Positions 11,568 through 23,382 of a DNA stretch of 53,006 bases are shown one piece after another (positions within the stretch are counted from its first letter, which is position 1; every line of letters begins with the position of its first letter). The notes beneath the pieces are model-generated. The model saw nothing but the letters and a program-made list of their open reading frames with translations, did no database searches and was not told the DNA's origin. Source of the DNA: Amoebophrya sp. A120 (lineage: Eukaryota > Protista > Dinoflagellata). The translations under genes were made by a program, and so were the position numbers. The stretch spans positions 14,577,119 to 14,630,124 of the forward strand of contig CAJINV010000001.1 in NCBI GenBank assembly GCA_905178155.1, read 5' to 3'.

Positions 11568-12571
11568 CTTACAGCGGGCTGCTGGGGTTCAAGCTAATGC
11601 AAAACCGCTCCTGAAAATGCAAAAAATAGCTGGGGTTCTACTCTTTTCACGTTTCCTGAGATGCTGCCTTCTGAAAAATCTGTGGTCGTGAGCACTCCTG
11701 AGGAAATAACTATACGAAAGAAATGACGCTGGAAGCTGCAACCCGACATCACGAAGCGGGGCTGGGGAGCGGGCGCGCGGGCTCTCAAACTGCTGGCCGG
11801 CAAACTCGAGCACCGGATGAGCCCGACCAGGGGGCCAGGCCATTCAGAGAAAAAAGCGGGCCAACATTTCGGGGCCGGACAAAAAATTCCGCCGCGCCAG
11901 AAAAGCCTCCGCGCAGCGAGGCTTTTCGGCGCTGGGCAAAAAAATTTTTAAATTTTCCGCCGCCGGATCTGAAAATTTTGGAAAAATTTCTGCAATAAAA
12001 AATCCAAAATTTTTAAAATTTAGGGGCGGGATTTTCAAAAAAAATCGCCCGCCCGGCGGGACAGGCGATTTTCAATAGGATTTCCTTGCTGCGCCGCCGG
12101 GGCGCGCTTTTTTTTGTTTTTTTTCGCGCCGGATCCGCCGCAAAAAAAATTAAAAAAACGGGAAAAAAAAAGTGGAAATCGCTCGGGCCAGCGCTATTTT
12201 TAAAAAATTTTGAAAATTTTTCGCGTCCTGCTATACTTTTTTTTTTGCTCCCCGAGCCCCCGCAAACGGCAGCAAGCGCGCGCGTCTTGGCTTTTGTAAA
12301 AATGCTCTGCAGGCGATTTGGCGAGTTTGAATGTGATTCGCTTTCTTCCATTTTTCGATCTCTCACTGCGCTTTCAGCTCTCGCGAGGTCGAACTCAGAA
12401 CAAACGAGGACCGAAGAATGCGGCGCAAACAAGCTAGAGCGAAAAAAGACCGTGACTACACCTAGAATTTCGACGGACTGAGAGACTGCGCATTTACTTT
12501 CCTTCGATAGCCACTCGATTTGTCTTCGTGTTCAAAACATTGAAAAAGCTCTGCGAAAGCTCGAACCACTA

Positions 12572-15500
12572 CTATTGCGCACTAGCTGCTTCAGTTATCA
12601 TGCTAATGAGCGGTGCAAAAATTTCACTTTTTACTGCGATCGCAGTTCGTTGCTGAATTTGCACAGCGGTGAGCCTTTTGCCTTTTCCCGCCGCCTGTGC
12701 CAGCTCCTCCGCATCCGGATCCTCTGTTGCAACACGCAGATACTCCGTCGCGTCAAAAGTTGCGGCCTCCAGCTGCTCCTCCACCTCCCCAGCCGCCTGG
12801 AGTTCGATCGGAATCGCGCCGCGCTCCAACGTTGCCACGGCAAAGGCACAGGCTGCGGCCCAGACCCGGCCGAGGCAGGCGCAGACGGCCCGCCCACCAA
12901 ATTTGTTTATGTCGAACTGCTTCGACAAATGCAGCCCGTGCTTCCGATGCAGCTCCGCGGGGCCGAAGGTTATCACGCGGTCGAACAGAATGCCGTCCTT
13001 CGGCATCCAGGCCCGGTGGCCCGGTTGCCCCTCCCGGGTATTCGCTCGCAACCAAAGCCCGCCGCCCAGTCTGGTATGGTATCCCTCGACACTAATGGAC
13101 GAAAGGGCCGGAACCTCGTCCAACTGTTCGCGGGCAGACAACAGCTGCGCCGCTAGGTTTTCCGCGTTCTCGTTGTAGTTATCGTCCCCTCTGTGGCGCA
13201 GGCTACGGTGCTGCTGCGCAGAAGAGCTTGCGGCCGAGCCCTCCGCATAGCCCGCCGGATGCGCGCCACCGCTGTTCTGGCACCGGGACTGTGCGGCACG
13301 TCCACTCTCCCGGCGGTGCCAGATGTCTGCTGCGCGGTTGTGCAACGTCGGGTCCGTCAAAAACTGCTCCAACTCGCGCTCTCGCATTGCGCGCGCGAAC
13401 TGCAGCCCCGCAATCTCTTCATCATCATCAAACTCATCCCCGGTGTCCGTGTCTCCTCCATCGTCGCCAGATTCAGATTCTTCGGCCTGCAGAAATTCGT
13501 CGACCATTTGCAACAATGGCTTCCCCTCAAGCCAGTCGAAGACGAATGTGCAGGAGGAAACGTCAAACGAAAGCGGGGCATACCAACACTGCGCCGACTC
13601 TTCAAAATTTTCCTCCATCACCGCGGCGAGGTTCGTCAGGCTACATTCTTCCACAGGTGGTAGAGCCACGTGAAATTTGTAATCCCCACTGGAGATTGCT
13701 GGCTTCGGCGTCATCTTCAGCAGACCGACGGTGCGCTGATGACCTTCTGCGGGGGAAAGGACGAAAACCGTCTTCACCAGCGGCTTCGCGCGTCTGCGCA
13801 AGTTCGACTCAATGCCGGCCAGGCTGCTCTCGTCATCGTCCTCGGGGTCCAGGCCGAACACAACTGCACCTAGTCGACCGCTTTCGCAGGTATCTTCAGC
13901 TTCCAGAACGCACCTCTCGACCTCGTCGGCTGTCAATGCTGCGGGAAACTCGTAGGAGGAGTACGCCTGCTGAACGGTGGTCCCGAGCCACGAACCGGGG
14001 GCCGTACAAGAAGTCGTCCGGTCGCGCTCAATATCGGCCCGACTTTGCTGCCAATAATCGCGAATTTTTTCGAGGGGCACGGGAAGATCCAGCGAAGAGC
14101 TGCTACTCCGGCCTGGCGGACCGGCCGAAATTGCTGCTGCGGGAGGTCGCGCACCGGAGGTTTGTGCAATACTAGAAGACGACGACGCGGCGCTGTCGCC
14201 CCCGGTCTTGGCCTTACCCTGCCACACCCAAGCTCCAGAAGCGTCACGGACTAATGTCCCGGACTGCTCTTCTTCCACTTCCGGGTCGGAGCCCTGGGGT
14301 TTCTGCCCTTTCGCCTTCGCCGCATTTGCTGCATCGCTTTCCAGCTTCAGCCGCTTCCGGTCCGGCTCATACCGTGCTTTCTCCTCCTCGCTCACGAGGT
14401 TGTTGTCCCAGCGCCAAGCGGCGGCCGCGAATGTCTCCTTCGCCTGGATTTGTTTCGCCGCCCCATACTCGGCCCCAAGCGCGTCGGGATTCTGTATCAT
14501 GATCTCTTTGTTCTCCTTCGCGATTTGCTCCCCGATATATTTCGACCTTGCTGAGCATTTTTGCTTTTGGACTTTTTTCGCGGCCCTTGCTGCGCGGACC
14601 GCTGCGCTGGCGTGCTGCGCGAGAAGCTCGCTCGAGAACTGCGGAGTAATTACTTCCTGCGAAAGCCCCTCCACTGTTCTTCTCTTCGTGTGCAGCCCCA
14701 CTTTTCTCGATGAGATGGCGTGCTGGCTCTCTTCCAAGCGGGTTCCAAGCGTCACCGCCGCATGAACTGTTTTTGCAAGAGCCGCCAGCTGGTGGTCCAG
14801 GAGGTTCTGAACACTGCTCCAGTCGTCGGCAAGGGGCAGCTCGCGAAACACTTGCATGGCCCCTGCCTGATTTTCGTCGTCCACAATGTCGAGCAGCGGG
14901 AGCAATATTCCGTCCACATCCACTGCGAGCAGACGCTTCTCTTGGCGCATTGCCGCCCGAACCAGCGACCCCGCCACCGCAGGAATGTCTTCGATTTTCC
15001 CCGACAAGTACCCGAGTAATTTCAGCAGTTCATGCACCTCACCCCATGCCAAGCTCAACAACTGCTTGATCCGCGCCCGTAGTGTCTCCTGCGGAAGAAG
15101 GGTTTCGCGACGGAGGCTCTCGGCCATGATGACATCCGCCGGCCGGGAGAGGAGCGCCACCCACAGCATCGTCTCGTCCACTATTTTGGGCCATTGTTGT
15201 CGAACGGATTTTCGAAAACCGTCGTCGCTCCGTGCAACCAAGCATCTACCACCCAGTGCGCCGAACAGAAGAAGCAAAGCGCAACAGCGCCCCGACATCC
15301 ACTGCAAAGGCACCGCAGTAATTACAGTCATGCATGACAAATCTTGCTTCTTTGGTAAAGCCGCATGACAAGCTTCATCTTTCCGGCTGAGAAAAATTTG
15401 CAATGCGTATAGCGATACTGCGGTGCTGTTGCAATGCATACCGAGGGTAAGCCAGCGGCTTTCGGTGCCCACTTGTATCCTCACCAGCACATGCTTGAGG

Positions 15501-16165
15501 GTCTGCACTGCTTCCTCGACCGAACCTGCGACGACTTTCATCTGCTGAAAATCGAACCGGACCTCCGACGAAACGCCCGCGCCTCCTGCTGCTGTCTTCT
15601 TCTGGTTGGGCCCGCGTTCACCAACCAGGCGGAAAAGCACCGCCGTCTCATCCATTACCGCCATCGAGGCGGACAACCCGGGGCCGCCGGGTAAGCCAAT
15701 GGACCCGGACGGTGGCGCCAGCAATTCTTCCACCCATTGCTGCAAATCTTCTAGCAGATCACATCGATGATAAATCAACTTTCTCGAAAAAACGTAGAGC
15801 TGATGGGCCCACTCTTTTGTTTCTTCATGGTTCCCGAGCACCACGCGGACCTCGTCGAGGAGACCTAGTTGGCAAAAATGGTGCATGCAGTACTGCGTTA
15901 GGCTGGCGGTGCAGGATGAACGCCTTTCATTCGTCAAAGAAGACCAAACCCGGAGGATTTTTCTGATTTTCCGCCCCGCGCCCCCACTGTCCTGAACGTT
16001 GTAGACAACTAGCGGCCGGCGGCTGCCAGGCTTGCAGATGATCTTCTCCAGCTCCTCCAAAGCGTTCTGTATGCGCGGCCAGATGTCGCCAGCTGCTTTC
16101 GCGGTCAGCAACACGAGGTCCACCGGCACCCGGATCGCGTTGTACAGGCCTCCGCTTCTCACCAC
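12572..16165 (-). CDS. Putative DDE transposase, hAT-like/CxxH clade, main exon
   Basis: 1197-aa ORF inside a TIR/TSD element. Ordered motifs VYNVQDSG (second D), YCMHHFCQL (CxxH), TESRWLT (cf. hAT TRWNS) and TRLEESQHAIS (catalytic-E-like). Confidence 0.7.
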   Translation of the reverse strand: MVRSGGLYNAIRVPVDLVLLTAKAAGDIWPRIQNALEELEKIICKPGSRRPLVVYNVQDSGGAGRKIRKILRVWSSLTNERRSSCTASLTQYCMHHFCQLGLLDEVRVVLGNHEETKEWAHQLYVFSRKLIYHRCDLLEDLQQWVEELLAPPSGSIGLPGGPGLSASMAVMDETAVLFRLVGERGPNQKKTAAGGAGVSSEVRFDFQQMKVVAGSVEEAVQTLKHVLVRIQVGTESRWLTLGMHCNSTAVSLYALQIFLSRKDEACHAALPKKQDLSCMTVITAVPLQWMSGRCCALLLLFGALGGRCLVARSDDGFRKSVRQQWPKIVDETMLWVALLSRPADVIMAESLRRETLLPQETLRARIKQLLSLAWGEVHELLKLLGYLSGKIEDIPAVAGSLVRAAMRQEKRLLAVDVDGILLPLLDIVDDENQAGAMQVFRELPLADDWSSVQNLLDHQLAALAKTVHAAVTLGTRLEESQHAISSRKVGLHTKRRTVEGLSQEVITPQFSSELLAQHASAAVRAARAAKKVQKQKCSARSKYIGEQIAKENKEIMIQNPDALGAEYGAAKQIQAKETFAAAAWRWDNNLVSEEEKARYEPDRKRLKLESDAANAAKAKGQKPQGSDPEVEEEQSGTLVRDASGAWVWQGKAKTGGDSAASSSSSIAQTSGARPPAAAISAGPPGRSSSSSLDLPVPLEKIRDYWQQSRADIERDRTTSCTAPGSWLGTTVQQAYSSYEFPAALTADEVERCVLEAEDTCESGRLGAVVFGLDPEDDDESSLAGIESNLRRRAKPLVKTVFVLSPAEGHQRTVGLLKMTPKPAISSGDYKFHVALPPVEECSLTNLAAVMEENFEESAQCWYAPLSFDVSSCTFVFDWLEGKPLLQMVDEFLQAEESESGDDGGDTDTGDEFDDDEEIAGLQFARAMRERELEQFLTDPTLHNRAADIWHRRESGRAAQSRCQNSGGAHPAGYAEGSAASSSAQQHRSLRHRGDDNYNENAENLAAQLLSAREQLDEVPALSSISVEGYHTRLGGGLWLRANTREGQPGHRAWMPKDGILFDRVITFGPAELHRKHGLHLSKQFDINKFGGRAVCACLGRVWAAACAFAVATLERGAIPIELQAAGEVEEQLEAATFDATEYLRVATEDPDAEELAQAAGKGKRLTAVQIQQRTAIAVKSEIFAPLISMITEAASAQ

Positions 16166-16323
16166 CGCCTTTGCCGTACAAACGTGAAAAAGTATGCATC
16201 TGAAAATAAGCTAGTCCCAGGCAATGGCGATGCAATTGCTACTGCTGTCTTGATCGTGTTTGTCATGCATTTTGTCATGCCAAGTGCCTGCATTTTCATC
16301 ACATGGAACTAGCTTATACTCAC

Positions 16324-16674
16324 CAACATATTCTCGCCGTTCCGCTTTGGCTGCCCCTTAGATGCAGTGGTCCCGGTAGCATTGGAAACCGTGATGCCAA
16401 GTGGCGTCCCATCGTGGCCAATTCGGAGGCAGACAGGTTCGCGCGCATCTGCGTCGCACGCCGCCTGCAGCCTGTCCTTCTGGAACCGCTTCAAATACTC
16501 CACCGCCCGAGCACGAACCCGCATAACAGTCTTCTTCTCCACTGCAAATCCGACAAGGAGCCCAAGCGATTTGGAGAAGGCCTGGTACGGAAGCGAGGCG
16601 CTGAACATTATCGCCCCGATCATGCGACCCTTTACATCGTCAAAGAGCGCCTTCTTCAACGGGTCGCCGTCCAT
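16324..16674 (-). CDS. Upstream exon of the putative transposase (first catalytic Asp)
   Basis: VCLRIGHDGTP strand-Asp motif. Ends at consensus donor GTGAGT (16323); the acceptor is uncertain. Confidence 0.6.
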
Positions 16675-17156
16675 GGTGATCTACAACGGCGCTGCCGGGG
16701 GTGGGTTGGATATGGGGTGCAATGTGCCAGCGCAGTACTCGGGTTCTAGATACACAAACGCTTCTAGCTAACGGAAAAAAATAACTATACTTCTAGCGAG
16801 ATCAACATGGGTTTATCGACAGCTATCATCAATCAGGAAGTTCAGAAACTATGCAACGAGCGAGAGAAAAACAGGGGCGATCGCAACGTCCCTCGTGCTC
16901 ATCTCTAGTCAAGTAATGCGAAGACGAAAAACGAACGAAATCAGAAATCTCCACGAGCAGCTTTGTTCTCACGGGTTTTGATATCGACAGCTCGAAGTAG
17001 TTGCTGTGCCGCAGAGCGTCTGTCAATCCGGGCGTCTCCAACTTCCGACCATTCTTCGGCGACCGTCTACAGCCATCCCACGTCCATCAATGTCCGGCAT
17101 GAAAAAATAATTTTGCTTTTTTTGATTTTTTTGAACTTGGGAATGGGCCCACATAA

Positions 17157-19341
17157 CCATAGCGTCCACAGTGGGCGTCACGCCCAAGCGAGACATAACA
17201 GCAGAAAACACATCAGGCTTCAGCCTTTTGTCTGGATACAAATCCAGCAAGGTTGTGTTTAACTGCAGTCGGGAAATGGCATCGGCAATGATGTTGTGCT
17301 TCCCTCGGACATGTTGTGCTAAGGCGCAGATGCCTAACTTGCTGCACAGCAACTTAATATCCTTGCCTTTTCGTGCTAGCCACTTTTTTCGGCCCGTGCC
17401 GAAGTTCGCGTAGTGCTTAGCTGCTGTGTTATCGGTGCGTAGCAACAGAATTTTATCTGCGTACTTGCTGCCATGCAGCTTCAACCAGTCGCGAAAGGTA
17501 GTCAGTTCCCTTTTGTTACTGTGCCGTCTGTCTATGTATTCGTTAAAATCCCCTTCATACCTCACCGAGTCTCCGTCCACCGTGACTCCCCAATGGAAGC
17601 CACTGGCGTCGGACGTAACGATGCATAGACTGGCCGGGTCTATTTCTTTAAACATTTCCGGCTTGTCCAGTAGCTCTGGGGTCAAAAGAAAGGACTTTCC
17701 TTTCGTGGATGTGTGGATCGGAATGTGCGGATCGCACTCAGGCGCTTCCTGCCACCATTCTAAATCGCTGACCACATCCGCGGAAAGAGGCAGGCTGGGG
17801 CTTGCTTTCTTGTTCCCCTTTGTCCATGCCGAAATCACTCCACTTGCGCCCAGCAAGTCATATGATGATCTCAAAAACGCCCTACCTGCTGCAACCACAA
17901 ATGACACAAAGTTTAACATACCTACGATGGACGCTAGCTCTCTAGCCGGAACTTTTCCATCATCCTTAGACTTCTTCAAAAAATCTGCCAGCACCTGAAT
18001 ATAACGCAACCGCTTTTCAGGATCTATCGAAATGCGCACTGCAGCAGAATCGATAAGAAACCCAATCCGCGCTATCTGCGTGGTAGGATAAGTAAATTTA
18101 TCCAACTTATCGGGTCTAAAGGGATGTAACAGAATCCCCACCCTTTTCCAGATGGTTCGCACGACCATCATGTCGATGTATACACTTTTCAAGTCGGTTG
18201 GTCGCACCAAAGAGCAACCCCTGATATCATCTACATAATCCCGCATGCTAATACGCGGGAACTTTTTTTGGAGTGCGTGAGTTAAACTTTTTATCGCGGA
18301 GTCTGATATTCCGGGGGACGGACTAAGCCCCATCGCGGCAAATAGTATCTCAACAACTTTTTGCGCTTTCGCGTTGTAAAAATTGACTCCCATGAGTCTT
18401 CTAAATTGTGGCGCGATTAACCACAACCAAAAACAATCCTTCACATCCAAGCCCCACATGAGGCACCATCTTACCAAATCGGCCACGAAGTCGAAGATCG
18501 ACTGGCACATCGTGTCAACGCTTTTCAACATGCTGCTGAGACCCACCTTGGTCCAGTCGTTGACATAACGATCGCGATGCTCCCGGCGAATCAGATTCGC
18601 CGGGGCAATCGACAAACCCGGCGGGGCGTCCATCTTATCCCAGATGATCGCCTTTCCGGTTTCGGTGAACCGGTCCAGCTCCTTGGCTGCCGCGTCGAGG
18701 TTTTCCTGTATTGAAGGAAAATCCGGCTCGTCGAACAAAGGCAAGCCCTGCTCCCGGTTGTCGATCATGCGCTGGAGGTCCTCTTCGGATTCAAATTCCA
18801 GCTCAAAACCTCCGAAGAAGTTTGCACGCATCTCGGGCGAGATCCCGACCACCTTGCAGTAGTGCGGGTCGAGTGTCAAAGCGTCCGCCGCTGCTCCGTC
18901 CTCGATTTCCCTGTACTTGTCCGTGGGTCCTGGCTGTGCCGCCAGGTATTGGTAGACCTCCTCCTTGGTCTTGGGGAGTTTCAACCCCTTCACGTAGTCG
19001 TCGTTTTCAAACAACGGATCGGATGTGATTTCTGCGAGCCATTCGTCCACTATCGCTTCCGCCTCGCGGTTCCAGTCCTCGTTTTCGAGGTTGTGCAACG
19101 CATTGCGTCGATCGATTTCCTCTTGGGTCAGCTCGACCCCCATCTTTTTATAATCTCTTTTTGCCACTATGTGTGTGTGTAATCGCGATGGGTCAGGTGT
19201 GCATACCTGTGGCAGCGTACACTGCGCTCTCGCATCCCATGGATCCACGCTCGGCGCTCGGCCACCTCTCTGACAGCGTGCGCACGCTCTACAAGAAGTG
19301 ACTACATCTGTGAAAACAGGTGTCGCTCGTGACAAAAACAT
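17157..19341 (-). CDS. pol: YR-retroelement pol 5' part: reverse transcriptase, RNase H, start of MTase
   Basis: RT motifs LDVKDCFW, MGLSPSP, YVDD and IGFLID. DIRS-type RNase H motifs SDASGFHWG, HSNKREL, RTDN and HVRGKHNIIADAISR. MT start RLKPDVF..LGVTPTVDAM. Confidence 0.95.
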
Positions 19342-19494
19342 AGCTGAACAAGCTGCGCATCCTCGCTTGCGCCAGTCCGCGCTTCATGTGGCTCGAGCAA
19401 CGCCGCTCCCCCGCGTGCGGCCACCTTTGTTCGAAACAACGCTAGATCTGGCATATCATCAAAAAACCAACATCATGTTTGCCAACGTCATGTT

Positions 19495-20092
19495 TTACGC
19501 CTTGCGTGCTTTTTTGTCCAGAAACCTCGTAGCGTCATTAAGCCTTTTGGTGTCGTTGATCAAATCCAGACGACGACTCCACTGCTTGCTAGCTACAAAG
19601 GCCCACTCGGCCCACTTCAAACCAAGAGTCATGTCCTGATCATCATCGGACAGAGTCACCCACAATTCTGTGAGCCTTTCCAGCAAGTCACACCAGCGCA
19701 CTTCTTTGTACGCTGCCACGCAACTCGTGATCATTTTCTCGTGATTATTCTTGCTGTCATTCATGATTTTGACGCACCTCAAGCACTTTTGCACCTCATC
19801 TGCTTTGGCCAGCGTCTCCTGCTGGGCCCGAGCAAATTGCTCGATGCTCATCTGGGCGTAGTGCAGATTCATGGTCTCTGCGCTTGGTCGATCCTTGCTC
19901 TTCCAACCGCCCGCATGCAACGCCATGTGCCTGTCGTACAGTCCGTAAATCCTCGCGCCGGAAGCTCGGAAGCTGATCTTCTGCGGCTCCGGGAGTCTTT
20001 CTTTCCACTTGAAAGAAGATTTGGACAAGTGATCGCGCAAAACGTCACTGAAGTACTTGTTGGCCGCTTCAGGGGATAACATTTTCATCCCG
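19495..20092 (-). CDS. Tyrosine recombinase C-terminal part
   Basis: ISFRASGA (HxxR box, His substituted), AGGWKS and LHYAQ (Tyr nucleophile). Joins in frame as CPSLNG-MKMLSPE. Confidence 0.85.
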
Positions 20093-20856
20093 TCAACGGG
20101 ATCGGACCCCAATGGGCCCGGAAATAAAAAAATCATGAATCCCAAAAGAAAAACGAAAAAAAAAATTTTTGCACTGCCGCCCTATTGTGCCAAACCACTC
20201 CGCCGGGGCTCGCTCGATAGGAAATCTGTAGGCCCTAAAATAACGCCGGGGCTTTGTCAACAGGCTGCGGACCTGTGGGCTCCGGGGTTTTCGAAGAACT
20301 GCGCCACATGAAATCGAGCACGCAACTTTTGTTCGGGCAAACACAACTTCACCGAAAAAACAGAAAGACACCGAATAAATTTGCGCCAAAAAATTGCCTT
20401 CTTTGCGACATGAGTGCGACACGGGTGCGACACCGGTGCGACACGGGTGCGACATTTTTCGGCTTCTTCCTGAAATCCCTAAGAAAAAAAAAACCACGGC
20501 CGAAAGCCGATTTTTTTTAATTATTTCAGATTTTTTGTCGCAACAAAGGCGATTTTTTGTCGCAGAATTAATTGGCCACTCGCCCACCCAAAACTTTCCC
20601 ACCCAGAATCCCTCTCCCATCCCGAAGCACACACCGGCAACATGGGCTCCCTCTGCCGGCCCCACTCCAATCCCTTGCGCCCAGGCCTGCTTTTCCCGCC
20701 CAACCCACAAACCCAAGACACACAACCAGAAAAAGAAAACGCACCAGCGAGCGGCTGCAAGAACTGCGAAAACCCTGCGAAAACTTAAAAGCGCGAAAAT
20801 TTTCCGGCTTTTGTGATTTTTTTGCTTTTCTGACTACTGGGGGCCGATCCCGTTGA
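20093..20856. mobile_element. Non-autonomous TIR element (764 bp), TSD ATCCCG, inside the YR catalytic domain
   Basis: TIR tcaacgggatcgg(a/c)cccca. ATCCCG at 20087-20092 and 20857-20862. Internal 11-bp gtgcgacac(g/c)g tandem near 20410-20455. Confidence 0.92.
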
Positions 20857-21740
20857 ATCCCGTTCAGCGACGGGCACAAGTATTCTTGGTCAACTGCTAT
20901 CAAGTTTTCGCACCGCAACAGCTCATGTGCGCTGACCGCCACTTTCCTGGCGCCGCTACTTTCCTGGAAGTTGAGTCTCACGCTCGGGTCTGGCGACAGT
21001 GTTGCGCTGCCTCTGGGCCACCCCCAGTGCTGCGTCAACACCAGTAGCAGCTCTTCGCTTGCTTTGAACAAAACTTCCGGCGACGGCTGCAACGCCGCTA
21101 CATCTGGTACGGCGATCTGGTGCCCCGCCGCCATCGTGCCGAGCTTGAAGTCCGTTTTTCCCATCGTGATTCTCGCAATGAGCCCTCCGCGATGTATCCT
21201 TACCGACTGCCGTAGCATCCTGCACCCTTCGGACTTCCGCCTTTCGCCTAACACTCCTACTCGCACAAATAGTAGTGTTCGCAATCTGCAATACAGGGCT
21301 TTCATCCTGTTCAGCTTGGTGCCGTCCTTGGTGGTGTAACCCGCCTTCTCCCACTGGTCTTCGGCCTCCTGGTTACCCGGCGGACGAGCCTGACCGCTTG
21401 CCGACACTGCGAAGCGCTGCAGCGGTACCACTTCGCCTCTTGCGTTTGTCAGCCAAAACGCGGGATCAAGCGCCAAAACTTCATTGTTGAACTGCTTGAG
21501 CTCCTCGAAGGTGAGCGCGGGCTTCGGTGTCGGCTGCGGGTGGTGCGACATCTTCTTGATCGCGGCCCACATGTCCATGACATCTGGGTGCTGCTCTATC
21601 AGCCCGAAATCGAACATTTCGACTTTTCTCCGATGAAAATCCCGTAGCGCCGACCTCAGAAGGTTCATCATGTGCCACTTCGTTTTTACTACTCCGTTTA
21701 CTTTGGTGACTCCTCGGAGGCTTTTCTCGTTTTGCAGCGC
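20857..21740 (-). CDS. Tyrosine recombinase middle part
   Basis: LRSALRDFH, KPALTFEEL, LGERRKSE (catalytic R) and GKTD (K). Confidence 0.85.
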
Positions 21741-21765
21741 CTGCGTGTGGAAGAGAGTGACAGAC

Positions 21766-23382
21766 GATGAGGCAGTACTCTTTCGCGTCTCTTGCCGGGA
21801 GGCATTCCTCCGTCATCCCGGTCACGCTGTGCAGTGTCTTCAACGCTGACCTGTACGTGCCTTCCGTTGTACTTTTTACAGCGGCTTTCCTGTACTCGTC
21901 GATCAACGGCTGCATCCGCCCCAGCAACTGCGGACCCAGGTAGTCGGAAACATTCCGCGGCAGGTCGCGCACCGGTCTCGCGCCTGGTAGTGCTCTTTGC
22001 AGATCCGCCAGAGTCTTTTTCTCCCCTGTGATGTGCTGCATGGCTAATGCCCCTGCAAGCACTCCCGCAATGGGTATCATCGGCCTCGGGGAGCCCTTCG
22101 CGTGGCTCTTGTCGTAGACTGCTTTTACGAACGCCATCGCGTTTCCTGCCGTAACTGCGATCTTAGCGATCTCCTGCGCTGCGTTGCTGTGCGAGTACTC
22201 GTGATCCGTACACAACATCAATACTTTGATGATGTCCTGCTGCAGTTTTTCGATCTCGCTCCAAGCGGCCTCCGCGCCTTTCGACAATTCCCCGTAGGAC
22301 AATTTTTTCAACTTGTCCTCGTACTGCTCCATGTGTTTCATCACATCGCGAGCGGAAGTTAGGTGGAAAACTTTTCCAGCATTTCCGATTACTCCTTGGC
22401 AATCTACGGTGGAAATGAGAAACAACTTTCTCCACTTTTTGCTCAGCTCATCTGCGGTCTTGTGCGCATGCTGCGTTACTAGCTGCTCATCGTCATTCTC
22501 GATGTGCACTCGCGTGTCGCTTTTGATCATCAAGTATTGCGGCAAGTCCGGGCTGAGGACTGGTTTGCCGCGCGATTCCGTTTTGGCGAACGGATGTCCT
22601 GCCGGCAACTGGCTCCCGTTTGCTTTCGCGAAATCCGCCATCGACTGCCGGAAGACGAAACTGGTCGGCTTGAACTTTTCCAGAACAGATTCTTTGCCCG
22701 AGCTCTTTTTGGCGAAGGGGGGACTTTTTATCGCCGTGGAAATCAGTGACTTTCCTGCGCTAAGCACCGCACTCATGCCCTTCTTAGCGTGCCCTCCTTG
22801 ATGGACACGTGCCGCGGACCCGTCTTCTCTCTTGAGCAGCTTGACTGGACTCCTGCTCGTCTTTCCTAGACTGCTTCCCGCACTCTCGGACGAGGATAGA
22901 GACATCAGGTCGTCCCGCTTTGCCGCTGCCAAAGCGGATGCTCCTTCGCAAGCCTCATCCGCTTGCTTTGCGTCCGGTGGCTTGCTCGCCGCAGGCTTGC
23001 GCAGTGTTAACTTGGATGGAAATCGCTTTGCGCTTGCAAACCAACTGTTTGCTGCTGGGCGCTTGACACCTACACTCGCGAGCGTCCCTTGCGGTACACT
23101 GCCGGGTAAGGGATCCTTTGCCAGCGTGAACTTCGCTGGCTTTTTCTTCCAAAAACTGGCGATGGGAGACGACTTTGGCGCTTCTTCGCCCTCTGCGCTC
23201 GGCTGCGCCCTGGCCGATGTCGCGCTTGAACTCGTCACTTTCTCAGTATCATCTTCGTATAACAGCGGATCTAAACATAAAGCAATGAACTCGTCCGCAA
23301 GACCGCCGCCCACGTCCTCCTCGGACGACGGCTCGTCGCAAAGCCACTCCATTCGTTTGCTATGCGCTAGGGCCTCAATCAA
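21766..23382 (-). CDS. Tyrosine recombinase ORF N-terminal part (long extension + start of SAM-like domain)
   Basis: Long ORF ending AAVKSTTEGTYRSALK, typical of the DIRS YR N-domain. A 1-nt frame offset to the next part is explained by a putative 25-nt intron. Confidence 0.7.

Larger units (their letters stand above)
7004..17156 (-). mobile_element. 10,153-bp DNA transposon with ~57-bp imperfect TIRs and 6-bp TSD CCATAG, inserted in pol
   Basis: Left end tcaagtggtcccatttcccaagatcaaaattttcaaaaaaagcatatttattttttc aligns with the reverse complement of the right end, ttatgtgggcccattcccaagttcaaaaaaatcaaaaaaagcaaaattattttttc. CCATAG at 6998-7003 and 17157-17162; an equivalent reading is 4-bp CATA with ends 1 nt further out. 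Confidence 0.93.

Noticed and set aside
11750-12265. Possible nested MITE (gcggggctggggagc / gctccccgagcccccgc) in an A/T-tract-rich spacer
   Set aside because: The inverted match is short, and I found no TSD or TGA end.
19495-23382. Prophage or bacterial integrase interpretation of the YR
   Set aside because: It is linked to gag-like and DIRS-type RT/RNase H genes with introns, and no phage genes are present.
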